60,052 nucleotides of DNA, filler included, from Ionaspis alba (GCA_964255285.1; 3 parts of 3 records of this genome joined end to end with filler, not necessarily neighbours in it); one strand, 5' to 3'. Positions 1 to 14,039 are shown, counted from the first letter of the whole stretch. The notes: generated by a model from the letters alone, not told the origin. Numbers and translations: made by a program.

Positions 1-77
1 GTTATGTAAAGAAAGGCTCCTAGCCCAGCAATAGCAGAAAACAAGAAGAATACAAAAGAACAAACCAAAAAGCCACA

Positions 78-2726
78 TCACGTCCACTTCCCTTTGCCCT
101 CTCCTCTCTCATTTCCTTTTGGAAGACACCACTCCCACGCTCCACCCCCCAAAGTCCCCAAATCCACACCCTCAACACCCAAATCCGACTCTCTTCTCGC
201 CCTCTCCATCATATCTCTCCCCACTTCCCCCAACTCCTCATCCTTCGCACGCCTCCCTCCCACCGTCCCCACAGACTCAAGTCCATCATGCCTGCCCCGC
301 TCCGCCACCTTCTCGTCCTCATCAAAAAACCCATCCTCATTCCCTTCCACAACCGGACTCTCTCCCCCCAAGTTGAGATACTGCGTCCTCTCCCTCCCCT
401 CAAAAGCCCTCGCCTCGCTATTCATCCGGCGCAACTGCATGACATGCGCTCTCAGATCCTTGGACGAATTCCTCGGCGAGCTGCGCATGGTTTGGCGGAG
501 TGGCGAGCGGCTGGGTGAGCGCCGCGTAGGGCGAGAGCGCCAGGGAGCTGCGCGGGGACCTTTGATGGGGCTTCGGGGGTGGTAGCGCCAGTCTGGGAGG
601 GGCTTGGGTGGGTCTTGGGACTGGGAGGCGAGGCTGGAGTAGGTTTGGTGGGGTGGAGAGGGAGCTGTGAGGTTAGTAGGGGTGGAGGCGAGGTGCATTG
701 CTATGTTCGGAGCTTTTTTGGGGAGCGGTGTTGTGGGCAGAGGCCAGCACGGAGTGGATTCAGGCTCGATAATTGGTTTTGAGCGGTTGGGATGGCGGGG
801 TCGGGGAGCAGGTTTTTTGGTCGGTGTTGAGATGACGGAGTCTGAGGAAGGGTTTTGAGGTAGGTTGTAGATGTTGTACATAGACATTGTGGCGGAGTAA
901 TGGGGGGCTTCCTTGGACGGGGATATACTGGGTGTGGAGAAGTGGAGTTGGGGTTCGAAGGTTGCGCGGGATGGAGGGCGGCTTGAGGCCATGGTGTCGG
1001 GAGGTTGAGTGATGAGAAGACCGGGGAGAGTGGAGGTTTGAGCTGTGGAGTCCTCGTTCTCGTCGAGTTCTACGACTGTTGAGCGGACAGCGAAGGGCAT
1101 GGTAATTGGTGGGACGACTACGATCCGTTGGCGGCTTTGACGCTTGTGACCTTCGGCTCGATCTTTCATGGCCGAGGGCTTCCCTGGGCGCATCGGTTCG
1201 TTGAAATCCCATCTGAATGGTTGACTAGTAGCAATTGATGATGGTCTCTTCTTGTTTGGAAGACCTTCATTGCCCGAGATGTCCTGTAACACGGAGTTGG
1301 GAGCTCGTTTACCTCTTTCTCCCAAATCAGTGACAGTGTTGCGACTTCCAGTGGTGTGGATGAGATCACCCATTGAATGTCTCTTTCTCGAATTTCCATC
1401 GGCAGAAGGTAATTGTGGCATCGCATGATCCCTCCGAGTAGGGCTCATGCGTCGAGTTTGACTTAGCACGTCCAGGCGAGAAGCATTCGATACACTGCGC
1501 GAAGGTCCGAATTGATCGACCATTGAAATAGATAGACCGCTGCTGGCACTTCTGACCAAGGTATGCTGCTCTATGTCTGCTCGAAACGATTTCTGCGAAA
1601 CAATCTGGGATCGAAAGCTTGCAATTGTGGATGGCCCAGGAGACGTTGGAGCCATACTTCTCGACCTTGCCATAGAACTCTCCCAGAAGCTACCGGCTTC
1701 ATCGTAAAGCATTGGACTTCGCTTGCTGCGACCGGGAGGAAAGAATGAGGAGGTGAAATCTGTCTCTACTCTCGAGAAGTCGTCGTTCATAATCGAGCTA
1801 TTGATACTGGTCGAACTTCCAACGGAGCTGCGTAATGGGCTATCTTGATGGAGGCTTCGAAAGGCTTGCCCCATGCTCCACCGGTGCGGGACATGTAAGT
1901 CGATCGGTGGCGTTGGCATTGGATCGATCGGTACGTCGCCTGGGTCCTGACTGTGCAAGCTAACGGTCCTCTTGAGTATCGACTTGAGAGGTGAGTTCTG
2001 AGTTTGAGATCTTGCTTTCGGTATTGCCAGCGAAGACTGCTTCTCATCTTGGTAAGAATCGTATATCACGCCTGTCGACATGCTTCGCTTCTGGCCATGG
2101 AAGAGCGGAGCCGGCTTCAAAACTCGCGATACCGCGTCGTCAGTCTGATTCCTTCCATCTACTTGGCCTTGCCTGTCCTGATGTTGTACAATTGTGCTTG
2201 GGATCGTGGTGCCTGGATTAGAATGATTGTGCAGAGCAGGTGAGCCGACTATTGGTGACAACGAAATGACTTCCATAGAGCCCAAGGATTGGCCTTTTGA
2301 TCGCGTCAGCCGTCTTGGTAAAGGCCAAGCGAGTCCATTCGTGGTTGTGATAGGTTCGGGAGTCTCGTTACTAATTGAAGCTTTCGATTTCGAGGCTCTT
2401 AGCGCTTTGGAAGGTCCGGTAAGGCTATCGCAAGACCTAACAGGTGACCAGCCCCCTATCAAATGTGTCGGTTTCCGAAAAGATGATTGTCGCAATGGAT
2501 AAGTGACGTGTGGGATTCTTGCACATTCTGATTGTTGGATGCTGCGCGGACCACCAGGATATCCACTGAGACGACGGTCTCGTGAAGCAACTAGGAGTGC
2601 TGAGTTGCGTTTCTGCTTCAATCGTGGGACTGCAACAATGATCACAGTTCCGGTTATCATGACTCCCACAAAACCAACGACTGCGATCACTATGATTATC
2701 GTGGGCGAAAGCTTCGAAGCCATCAT
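78..2726 (-). CDS. Uncharacterised 882-aa Ser/Pro/Arg-rich protein with an N-terminal signal-anchor/TM helix
   Basis: Long intronless ORF. Hydrophobic stretch IIIVIAVVGFVGVMITGTVIIVAV is followed by basic RLKQKR; the rest looks disordered. No domain recognised. Confidence 0.75.
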   Translation of the reverse strand: MMASKLSPTIIIVIAVVGFVGVMITGTVIIVAVPRLKQKRNSALLVASRDRRLSGYPGGPRSIQQSECARIPHVTYPLRQSSFRKPTHLIGGWSPVRSCDSLTGPSKALRASKSKASISNETPEPITTTNGLAWPLPRRLTRSKGQSLGSMEVISLSPIVGSPALHNHSNPGTTIPSTIVQHQDRQGQVDGRNQTDDAVSRVLKPAPLFHGQKRSMSTGVIYDSYQDEKQSSLAIPKARSQTQNSPLKSILKRTVSLHSQDPGDVPIDPMPTPPIDLHVPHRWSMGQAFRSLHQDSPLRSSVGSSTSINSSIMNDDFSRVETDFTSSFFPPGRSKRSPMLYDEAGSFWESSMARSRSMAPTSPGPSTIASFRSQIVSQKSFRADIEQHTLVRSASSGLSISMVDQFGPSRSVSNASRLDVLSQTRRMSPTRRDHAMPQLPSADGNSRKRHSMGDLIHTTGSRNTVTDLGERGKRAPNSVLQDISGNEGLPNKKRPSSIATSQPFRWDFNEPMRPGKPSAMKDRAEGHKRQSRQRIVVVPPITMPFAVRSTVVELDENEDSTAQTSTLPGLLITQPPDTMASSRPPSRATFEPQLHFSTPSISPSKEAPHYSATMSMYNIYNLPQNPSSDSVISTPTKKPAPRPRHPNRSKPIIEPESTPCWPLPTTPLPKKAPNIAMHLASTPTNLTAPSPPHQTYSSLASQSQDPPKPLPDWRYHPRSPIKGPRAAPWRSRPTRRSPSRSPLRQTMRSSPRNSSKDLRAHVMQLRRMNSEARAFEGRERTQYLNLGGESPVVEGNEDGFFDEDEKVAERGRHDGLESVGTVGGRRAKDEELGEVGRDMMERARRESDLGVEGVDLGTLGGGAWEWCLPKGNERGEGKGKWT

Positions 2727-3743
2727 AGCCGGCGACTATCACACCGTCGATAATTGTAGAACGGAGAACGAAGGAGGATCATAGACGAATCTGCATACAG
2801 AAGATCACTCTTGAATAGGAATGGGCGAGATGCAGCATCTCGGCTTGCGAGCAAGGGATGATGGAAAGGAATGCGAAGATGTAAACATCACGTGCTCAAT
2901 CAAATTCACACCCCAGAGAATGAGATGATGTTTACCTTCATGAATAATAGAAGTTCCACGGTCCTTTAATGTGGACGAGGTGATCAAGAGACCATTTCGA
3001 CCAATACCAGAGGGTTTCTCATCAGACATCGAGGTCAAGTCGACCATAAGGAGCCTTGTCCATGAGAATGTACGAAATAGATTGCAGAGCTTAGTAAAGA
3101 AAGCATGATTTATTCGATCAAGTAGGTATCGTCAGAACAATAAGACAGCATATCAGGATTGCTCGGAGCAACCAAGACTTCCAGACTTCACGAAGAAATC
3201 GATGGGCTTCATCCGTTCACCATACTCCGCACAGTCTGCAACACCCCATCTCACTGGGTAACTTGCGTCGAGCTTCTTGCCTGACGCCATTTTCTTACCG
3301 TGTAATTGATGGTCTAGATTGCTTATAGCTCTAGACTGCCTGTTTCTGCTTCCTCTTCTGCACCTTCATCATTTACAATCAGTGACAAAGCAAAAAGTAC
3401 GTAAGGCTTACAATGCAGCAGCGGCCCAAGCGTATACAGAATGAAAAGAGGAGAATATCGGTGAAGCTTGGGATGTATGTTCTGTTTTCTGTATCTTGAC
3501 TCCTACTTGTTCGGCCTGTGCTTCGGTGTTATTATTCAGGCGGCTACGGGCCGGACGTAGGACGAAGCCATGACTAACGCGGAGTACTGTGCAAATGGCA
3601 AAGCTTCGGATGACACCGTCCCCGTGAAAGCAATAGTGCTGATGAGGTCTGGATAGTAGGCTAATTGGAAGGGTGAGCAGTGTGATTATAGTAGGTGTCG
3701 AAGTTTTTACGCAGTAGGAAATACCTGAGCACTACTATACTGA

Positions 3744-3843
3744 NNNNNNNNNNNNNNNNNNNNNNNNNNNNNNNNNNNNNNNNNNNNNNNNNNNNNNNNN
3801 NNNNNNNNNNNNNNNNNNNNNNNNNNNNNNNNNNNNNNNNNNN
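3744..3843. other. Assembly gap (100 N)
   Basis: Run of exactly 100 N. Confidence 0.99.
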
Positions 3844-4221
3844 AAGCCATTCTGACGTCGGCGTCCGCCCTGCATGAAGAGATGCAAGAGAGCCACTCAC
3901 ATGTCATTGTTGACTTTTTTTCAAATCTCGAAGTAGTGTCCCCAATCAATCAAATTCACCAAACCACAACAGAACAAACCACCGAGACCCTGGAGCAATA
4001 TGAATTGGTCCCCTAGACCCTTATCGATTGAGAGGCTCCACCCCCACTACGAGCCATGGCCAGACTATAAAACCCTGAAATTATCTCGATGGAGAGAAAT
4101 TGCCTCATCGTCCTTCCATCGCCCAGTCGTCCCTCTCTCTTATACCTCAATTCCAAGCATCTACTACCTTCCCTTTGACATTCTTCCTATCATCCCCCTC
4201 TAACACACCCAACTCGCAAAA

Positions 4222-5286
<1,065 letters not shown>

Positions 5287-6255
5287 TGACTGGCATAGTT
5301 TTGGGTCGAGAGATATGAGTTGCGTTGGGCAGATAGACTAGGTTCAATCCAGGAATAGAAGTTTGGGTTTCTTATTCGGTTGACTCGTAGAGAGAGTGCG
5401 AGGCGAGATCAATGGACTTTCAACGAGTCTGATTGCCAATGGGCAGGAATCTGATATGCGCTCTTTCGTCCTTGATCGCTTTGTTCATCCGTCATACTGC
5501 TTGAGCTGTGATATTCTCCTTGCACTTTCGCCGTTGCTCTTATTCCTTCCATTTGCATGTCGCTATTCCCCATTTCCCGTCATCCCTCTCACATCCTCCC
5601 TCGATTGCGATCTTCCATGTCTAATCTCTGCATTGCAGCTTCACCACTTGCCTTCACCTTTCTCCAATGTCAGCAGTTGACCATGTTGTATATCACGAAA
5701 CCAATTGAGAGCACGGCGCATCAATCAGAGATCTTCAATCTCATTCCATTGCCCAGGCCTTAAGCACGAACCTGGGCTCATTTCGGCGAGTGAATGGTTC
5801 TCATCATTCTGCGCTCATCTGCTACAAGTACACTCCTGCCTGGGGAACATATATGAATCTCAAACTTACCTAGCATAATTCCTCCAGTTTCGGGAATGGA
5901 ATTCCTGTCTTGGCGTAGGGGTCCAAAATACATGGGTGATGGCCGAAACCCTTAGTAAGGTCCAAGTCGACCGTTCAGGTTCTTACTACAATGTCGCATG
6001 TCTACGTCTACTGACGGTCCTTATTCACTCCTTTATCACATCTTACGGAGTCGTCGGAACAGTAGTGTGACTCAGGGCGTACATGCATGTAACGTCGCGC
6101 TTGGCTGCGGCTGTGGGGTTAGGCCGATCCACGTGATCTGCGCCAAGAGATGAAGCGGGACTGGCGGGTAGCGTTCACGGTGTTTAGCTTTCGTTTCTTT
6201 GCTCTTTTGATATCAGTGCCTGCTGCTTGTAGTTCATGGGATGATACAGCGTAAG

Positions 6256-6355
6256 NNNNNNNNNNNNNNNNNNNNNNNNNNNNNNNNNNNNNNNNNNNNN
6301 NNNNNNNNNNNNNNNNNNNNNNNNNNNNNNNNNNNNNNNNNNNNNNNNNNNNNNN
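6256..6355. other. Assembly gap (100 N)
   Basis: Run of exactly 100 N. Confidence 0.99.
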
Positions 6356-6800
6356 GTGCTCCTATCTCGTAACCTTCCTGTCTCTTCCCCTCTACCATCG
6401 TCTTCGCGAGAATAGTCCTCATACGCTGCAAAGAGAAGTCCAAGATTTTCCGTATCCTAGTCTACCCTAAGATTGTGACTGAATATCATGAAGGTGGAAC
6501 GTTTGTAGAGAACGACGTCAAGAGTATATCTGGATCCAAAGTGTGCGGCCACGGAACACGAACAACAAGAACGTTGTTTCCTCGAAACCTTCATTGAGTC
6601 CGGGTTGAACACCTAAGGGCAGATTCCCTCAGCCCGAACTCAAGATTGCTTCTCAATCCAGGATGCTAGACTGGACAAGGCTCCAATCTGGACGCCAACC
6701 TCCTTTCTTGTAGTGTCATTGAGTCTTTGTCGGTTTCTTGCTGAGATTGTAGAGCGGCACTTCTACCCAGCGTGTTAATATTCATGGTTGCTTAGAAGGC

Positions 6801-9311
6801 TCAATCTTCGCCGGTAATTCCTGGTACACGCCTTCGGATCTGGCCCACAGCTCTGTCAGGATCGTAGACTGTCGATGGCTTGAAGTCCACAGCAGACGTA
6901 GAAAGGCTGTAAACGTTGGGTTCTTCGTCTGAGGAAGTGTAGGGGTCGGGATAGCATCCATGTTGTGCGAATTGACTGTACATGAAAGATTTGAATGATT
7001 CCAGATTTCGCAGGGCTACCTCAGCACCCTCACGTATGGCAAGTTCGCAGAGAAATGGCGTCTTCTCATACCAGTTTCTGAGATGTCCAAGATGGTCCAG
7101 TAGGAGAAGTCTAGATTCCGTCCCTAAAACATGAACTGTGTGATGAGCAATCTTATCAATGCTGATGCCATTCTCCGCAAGGGCACCAAACCATTCTGGG
7201 ACCCAATTCAGTACTAGTGCCAACATGGTAGGTGTAACATCATTTACGTCAGTCGCACAAGGATCAGCTCCATATCTCAATAAACGAGAAAGGAACACCC
7301 TGACTCGCATTCTCTGATTAAGGTCGTTGCGACGAGTAACGAAAACAGGAAAGGCAAGGTGCAGACAGTTGCAATCCCACTCGTCTCGAGACTGGAAGTT
7401 CATTCCCAGTCTACTCATCAAACGGCCAACCTCGTTCGAATCGGCCAAATAGTCTTCGAAAGACTTTTCGGAGTAAGACTCAAACGGATAACGTATCAGC
7501 ACCATGCTCACGTTGTTCCGCAAGTCGTCAAGTTCCCACTCATAATCGTGGTCATGCAGAATTATGTCGACAATCTCCTTGAAGACCTCAAGCGGATGCC
7601 CCTGCAACAACTGAAACGGTAGATCCAGACCATATTTCTTGATCAACGACCTCCAGAGATTTGACACCTCATTCCTCTGGTAGGCATGGCGGTTTTCAGC
7701 AAAAATATCTAGCCATAAATCATAGATTATAGGGTCAAGATCGGCTACTTGCTCCATGCCTTGCTTTGCTCCTTGCTCCAGTAGGAAAGTGCTAATTTCT
7801 GGGATGTGCGGACTGCATCTCATTGTCCACTACCAACCATCAGATTCGACAACTAGTGTTATTTTGTGGTAGACCTCATGGTTCAGTGCTTTGGAATCAA
7901 AAATTAATGAGACGCTTACCTCAAGCAGGGAATATTGATATCCATTTCGATGACAGATTCGATCGTCCGGTCCCCAGTTTTGCCTACAAAATTCAGCTTT
8001 GAAGACCTCAACAGATCCGTTGACCAGTGCTTCAAAAAGGGCTGAGCCCTCTAAGTGTATTTGAGGAATCACAAGAGATATGTTAGTTGGAGATGAGAGA
8101 CCATGAGTTTTGTCATATATTATGCTAGCGTATAGAAATCTCCCTCGAAGCATGAACTTGGCATAGAGCATAATTTCGACTTCTATAATCTCCGAAAGGT
8201 GTTCATCCTCGTAGCCGTCAGCGAGATAGCTTTGGTATGCATTAATGTCGAGGTTGCCGAGAAAGTTTCGAACACGTTTATTGTATATTCTTCGGTCAGA
8301 CTTGGTCATTCGACTACGTCGTCGAACATGGTGGGAGGGTATTGGTAATCGATGGGTTTGGACGACGGCGTTGTCGTTTCCAAAAATCTCGTTGAACCCA
8401 GGATTTGCGGCAGCTTCCTCGCTCTCGAATGTGGCGGGAGAAACCTTCCTAGCTAGTTTTGGTGGTCGAGCAGACCGTCGAAGGCCAGGCTGTCGAAGGA
8501 CTCTGCTACGCGCATGACGCGTATTCCTTTCCAACGTGTCTCGTACGAGTTCTTTAAGCTCTAATGGAAGCGCAGCTTGCACACCAGTAGACCATTGTTG
8601 CTCGAGTTCGAGGCGGCCACATCGCTTCTCCGTGGCGAGGGCGGCGGTCCATAGCTGCTGCATCATGGTCACAAGCTCCTGCCTGCCAACTCCATTTGCG
8701 ATGTTGAACTCTCTCATGTTTCGGTCGATGTTCGTGAGATTCTGCCTGAACTCTTCACTGCTTGTTGTCAAAGATGCAGTATTCTGATTGACAGCTGCCA
8801 TCTTTCGATCCAGATGAGACAATTGTTGGCTATCATTGGGCCGTTAGTAAATGCCGACCATATGAGACGGATCATTTTACCGCATGATGGATGAATGACA
8901 CAAGCTGAGGTTATTCATTAGCCGCTGTATTGCGTCTTGGTGCGTCTTGACGTCGTTGGATGCCAGTACGGCTTTGATTTTACTAAAATTTCTTTTGAAC
9001 CCTTCGGTGTTTGTCACCGACGTGATCTGAGGCTCTACGCGAAGAGACAGCGCTTGCACCTCTTGTAGACAATCGTCGAGATAGGACTGGAGCAGTTGAG
9101 TATCGATAACGACTTCGGAATTTGCAAACTCTTGCACTGTATTTCCGATCTCGTCCAGCAGTTGTGTAAGGCTCCGGAGCCATCGGAGGTGGCTTTGCAA
9201 CGTTTGGGCTATTTGCCTAATGTCTCGGATCACTCTGACGACTTTGAGAGTAGACTGTGTAGTCAAGGCAGCCAAGCCCATCAGACCAGCTACTCCCGAT
9301 GCAATATCCAT
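6801..9311 (-). CDS. Protein with HeLo-like fungal STAND N-terminal domain and degenerate C-terminal ankyrin-like repeats, 3 exons
   Basis: N-terminus MDIASGVAGLMGLAALTTQSTLKVVRVIRDIR matches the HeLo-like N-terminal pattern. GT-AG introns 8830-8880 and 7830-7919 (branch sites CTAAC, CTGAT) join three track ORFs in frame. Ankyrin-like segments: FLLEQGA, CNCLHLA, LLRYGADPCATDVNDVTPTMLA. Confidence 0.7.
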
Positions 9312-10008
9312 GAGGAGACCGGAGTCGAACGTGAGGATAGAAGTCTTGTAGAGCAATATTGAATTGGATAGAGTATAATCGATTTAGCGATGTCAGGGCA
9401 ACAGGAACAATCACAACAGGTCGAAGCATTGAAGAAAGCGAACAGAAGGAAAGAAAATCGCTCATCGAGCTTCATAGCCAGCAAGGCTGCGCCGGCCGAA
9501 GACGAGGCATATCTTGCTCGCGAGGCTGAACTTTGAGAGGAGCAAAGTCTCGAGCATCATTGGTCAGCGGGGTCGCCATGTCATATGCATGCTGCACAAA
9601 TGGGAACAGTTCAATGGTAGCCTGAATGAGGCCGACCCAAGAATCTCTCGCTATTGCCTTTCGGTAAATGTACGAGAAAATCAAACACGATGACAAAAAA
9701 TGGCGGTGGTGGTTGTCGAGAAGCAATACTCCAGAGGAAACTGTTAAGGACCTCGGTTGACACTTGCTGAAGTGCCACTAAAGAGCCGCTAACCGGTCTA
9801 TAGAATAGCGAGGATCAGGTAGTTTGACCAGCCCCAAATCTGCAAGCTTAGCCAGCAATTAGGGGCCGTTACGACTTGGGACAGAGAAGGTGACGCCATA
9901 TCTTGGTCTGCTTGAAACAAGGGGGGGTTTCTGTAACTGACGAGGCGGATACCTTCAATTGCAAAACACCATTCCAAGTTAGACAGACAGGTCCCCGGAC
10001 CTTCCACC

Positions 10009-10916
10009 ATGACCTCTCCCCTCCGCATAGGTTACGTCCCTGGTACCATCCCTTGTCCTCCCTCGGAACCAGACACCCTACTGACCTCCCCGCCTTACAG
10101 AGCACTTCTCCACTCCCCTCCACTTCGCCCACCAACACTTCTCCCTCTCCGCAACCCTAATCCCCTTCCCCTCCGGCACAGGGCACATGATAACCTCCCT
10201 CGCCTCCAATGAAATAGACATCGCCATCGGTCTGACAGAAGGCTGGGTAGCGGGGCTCGCAAAGCACTTTGCCTCAAATGCAGAGTCCTTGTCATCATCG
10301 AGAACTCCACCACCATATAAGATAGTAGGCACGTATGTCGAAACTCCGCTATGCTGGGCCATCAGCACGGGCGCCGAGCGGCCGGACGTTACGTCCGTGG
10401 ATAGGTTGAGGGGGAAGAAGATGGGGGTTAGTCGGATAGGAAGGTAGACACACCTTTCCTCAATATCTCTTTTCCCCTTCTTATGAACAGACTGACGCTT
10501 CTTCCTCATCAAAGCGGCTCATACGTAATGGGATACGTCCTAGCCGACACCCAGTCCTGGCTCCAAGACAAAGCCACCCCTCCCTTCTCGGTCATCCCCC
10601 TCCAAACCTTCGCCGCCCTCCGACAAGCCGTGAACGACGGTACAGCCGATTTCTTCATGTGGGAGCACTTCACCTCAAAGCGATACCACGATACCGGTGC
10701 CATCACTCGTGTTGGGGAGATCTACACACCTTGGCCTTCATGGCAGATCGTAGCCCGGGACACTGATGATGAGAGATTGCCTGCGATGTTTGAGGCACTG
10801 AATAAGGGCGTGAAGCATTTTGAGGAACATAAGGAGGAGGTGGTGGCGTTTGTGAGTAGGGAGATGGATTATGAAGAGGCGGATGTGAAGGCGTGGTTGG
10901 AGACTGTGAAGTTTGC
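10009..10916 (+). CDS. Periplasmic-binding-protein type 2 fold protein (NMT1/THI5-like superfamily, Ca3427-like); 3' end lost in gap
   Basis: Spliced product LRIGYVPEHFSTPLHFA...GTGHMI...IAIGLTEGWVAGL...GVSRIGSGSYVM...DFFMWEHFTSK...GEIYTPWPSW. Introns 10043-10100 and 10444-10514. Confidence 0.82.
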
Positions 10917-11016
10917 NNNNNNNNNNNNNNNNNNNNNNNNNNNNNNNNNNNNNNNNNNNNNNNNNNNNNNNNNNNNNNNNNNNNNNNNNNNNNNNNNNNN
11001 NNNNNNNNNNNNNNNN
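10917..11016. other. Assembly gap (100 N) that removes the 3' ends of two convergent genes
   Basis: Both flanking reading frames run into the Ns without a stop, so the true gap is probably longer than 100 bp. Confidence 0.95.
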
Positions 11017-12049
11017 TTCGTCTCATTAATCCTCGGGAACGGCTTCATCGGGACCTCCTTGCCCAAAAACCTGCACAACGGCTCCCAATCATCCCCCAAA
11101 TGGTACTCCAGCAACCTATCCTTGGGGACCATAGCCCTGACCTCATCATGCATGGCATTGTAAACAGCCTTGACATGCTCAGGCCTTTTCCCTGGATTGG
11201 GGCCAAAGAGACCCTCCATCAGGACGCCCAGCATCGGGCCCCAGCGTCGTAGGAAGAAGGGGTCGACGAGGGCGAGCAGGAACATGCTCGTCGAGCCGGC
11301 GCCGTTGATGACGGTCGACACGAGAGACGTGTACCATTTGTCGGCGTCCCTTTGCGAGACGATGACTTTGGCCTCGGGGTACGCTTCGATGAGCTCGGGC
11401 ATGAAGGCTGCGGTGGGGACGTCGCAGCAGGCCTGGGTGGTGGGGAAGGAGGATTAGCTTCGGGTGGTGGGGAAGCAGGCCGGTTGGAGTGAAGGCCGCG
11501 GAGGGAGATTATCTGCCTAGGGGAGAGGGAGAGGGGATAGGTAGAGGGATTTGGGACGGGACGATTATTGGTGGTTCGGGGTGCTTGGCTTACCTCGACG
11601 TTGCCCAGGAGGTGGTCCCAATCTTCGCGCGTGAATTTCTTGCCTTTGCCGTAGAATTTCGCGTTCAGGGCGTCGGTCCACATGTTGGCGTCGCGCGGAT
11701 TGCGTATCACGGATGTCATGTGGTAGACGCCGTTGTAGCCGAGTTTTTCGAGGGCGGTTTTCATTGCTGTTCGAGAAGCAAACAAATGATCGGATTAGCT
11801 TGGAGTGTAGAGAGTGGGCCGCGTGACTTGGGATCATGCTGGGTATGTGGAGTAGTATTGAGCGGAGAATCCTGTTGAGCATTGCTGGGGACGGTAGCTT
11901 GTGGGGAGAGACTTGCACATTGTGCCTGTTCGCATCATGCCAATTACAAGGACTTTCATCTCGCGATCCCTTTTGCGGAGGCGGGGGTCTTCATCGGTTT
12001 GGTTGTAGAGTTCGGGGAAGCGAGCTTCGAGACTACCGGCTGTAGGCAT
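11017..12049 (-). CDS. Sulfotransferase-like P-loop protein (fungal Sulfotransfer_4 type); 3' end lost in gap
   Basis: MKVLVIGMMRTGTMSMKTALEKLGY..VYHM, ACCDVP, ELIEAYPEAKVI, WYTS, RLLEYHLGDDWEPLCRFLG..VP..PFPRIN. Introns 11767-11916 (GC-AG) and 11433-11593. Start codon choice is approximate. Confidence 0.82.
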
Positions 12050-13865
12050 GGTGAAGGGAATTGGAGGTTTCAAGATTGTAATGTAGATGAGAAAGTAGTA
12101 GTTGATTTATGTCGTGGATGGATGAGTGAGGTAAAGATGATTTGAGATTTTTGGGGGACTCAATTGCTGGTTGGGCAGAAGATAATCGAGTTCTGATAGC
12201 AGCTTCAGCGAGATGTATATAGTCTCAGATGTCGGTAGGATTCAGTGTAACACAAAAATCCCCGCAGATGCTGTCAAGTGTTCTCATATTACAGTGCTTA
12301 CACCGTTTCGTGGAAGAGTAGGGGCAGCGTGCGTGTCGGATTTCGCAGGCGGGTAAGCCTTAACCAAGCGTTTGTTGTCGTTCAGCCGTAATGCTCCCAA
12401 TCCAAGGATGTCGTGCATTCATCTTGGCACACTATCCTTGTTATGCAAAATGCGATGGTCGATTTGCGACAACAGGGGTAGGTCTCTTAGCGGCGGCTCG
12501 GGTGCGCTTCGGTCCCGACGCTAGGTTAGAGCCGAAGGGCGACGCTGATCTCAGACCTTTTTGTGGGGCATGATGCAGGAGGCCTATGGCTTGGAAACCA
12601 GCGTGCAATATCAGATGTCATCAGTCTTACGATCTCGATACACGAAACCACTCTATGTGTTCCCACAAGCATCATTCATGCCAGTGAACATGTGGATGTA
12701 ACTGTTTGTACAACTTCACTAGAGCCTCAGAGACTTACACAGTTCTGGCTTTGTCACAATTGACTCCGGTTGCTTAAGCCTTGTCCGCTACTCCTCATGT
12801 ACTACTCAAGATCGTGGACGAGCCAGGCACGAAGAAATTTGAAGTCTTCAACGGCGACGGCAACGCCACTGCCGATGCGGCATTTCGCGACAGTCGCAGG
12901 CAACGAAACTTGAAATCCGCCCTAGGAGTCTTGTAGAATACAAATCAGAGGTACTTTGTGATCTATGAGAACGGGAAAAGGTCGAGGAGGTCGCTGGCTG
13001 GGGGTGAGAGCAGAATCCCTTTTGATGAAATAGGACAGCTTATCATATCTTGTTAGCACCATGTCTATGACATCTTCTTCTACCATCCGTGTTCGTCACT
13101 GCTCCAATTCGGAAATTCTCCTTTTCCTCGCAGCCCAGCCCAGCCTTTACTGAACTGGCTGGCACGTGCTCGCAGTGAGGGTCAAATAGGCGAGAAACCA
13201 AAAAGATAAAAAGGGGTTGTGAAAGCCTTCGCTTCGACCACTTTGTCTTCGAGTTCACTCGTCTAAGAGAGACTTCACTCTAGCGAAAGATAGGATATGC
13301 TTCATGCTCCCCATTATGAGGAGAAAAACAAATCTGAGTATTTGAACAACGCATCTGGCTCAGCGTCCTATTTGAGGTCGGCGACCTCGGTGCAAAACAA
13401 GGCATTCAGCATTGGCAATCCTGCGCCCTTCCAGACCTACAATGCCACATTCATCAGCGGCGTCGGCCACGTGCGAAGGATGAAGATCAGATCTGGCTAT
13501 CACCGCCGATGTGGATCCCGATTGCGGGGACGTGTTGTTCCCGAACTTGAAGGTAGTTCTACTTTTTGGGCTAGGAAATGCTTGTGGGGCTCGCGGCTAC
13601 GAGTTTCCTGGTTTCGGCGTGCACGATAGCGCAAGGGTGGAGGAGGATTGGACTGCCGTCGACACCAATTGGAGTGAGCGAGGTCAAGGTCGGGGAGACT
13701 CGTCTAGTATTTGGATATGGTAGGCGCCAAGACCTCGCTTAGCCCAGTGATCTGCAGCTTCTAGATGCGATCTCGTTGATGATGGTGTAACGCAGAGGAG
13801 GGTAGGTTGTAAAAATGCTTGGTCCGGCGTTCTGTAGTTTCAATAGATGTCTGCCAGAGTAACCC

Positions 13866-13919
13866 TACCTTTTCATCTGCAACAAATATTGATTACCTTT
13901 TCATCTGCAACGAATATTG
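13866..13919. repeat. Two-copy tandem repeat, 28-bp period
   Basis: taccttttcatctgcaacaaatattg (13866-13891) and taccttttcatctgcaacgaatattg (13894-13919), one mismatch. Confidence 0.9.
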
Positions 13920-14039
13920 GTGTGGCAATTGCCAGACCATGATATTTAATCACCCCATATTCCCAAGATGATTTCGTACAACTACACCATCCACGATCTC
14001 CACAAAAGTCGTATAGCACAAGCCTCAGGAAAGATCAAG

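Noticed and set aside
94..2784. Plus-strand ORFs overlapping the 882-aa gene (and similar shadow ORFs over other genes)
   Set aside because: Antisense or alternate-frame by-products of GC-rich coding sequence.
9400..10520. TPP riboswitch near the NMT1/THI5-fold gene
   Set aside because: No TPP aptamer core seen in the upstream region or introns; the protein is not a true THI5 orthologue.
12780..13723. Coding-like fragments between the sulfotransferase-like and secreted-protein genes
   Set aside because: Interrupted by stops with no family motif; too weak to call a pseudogene.
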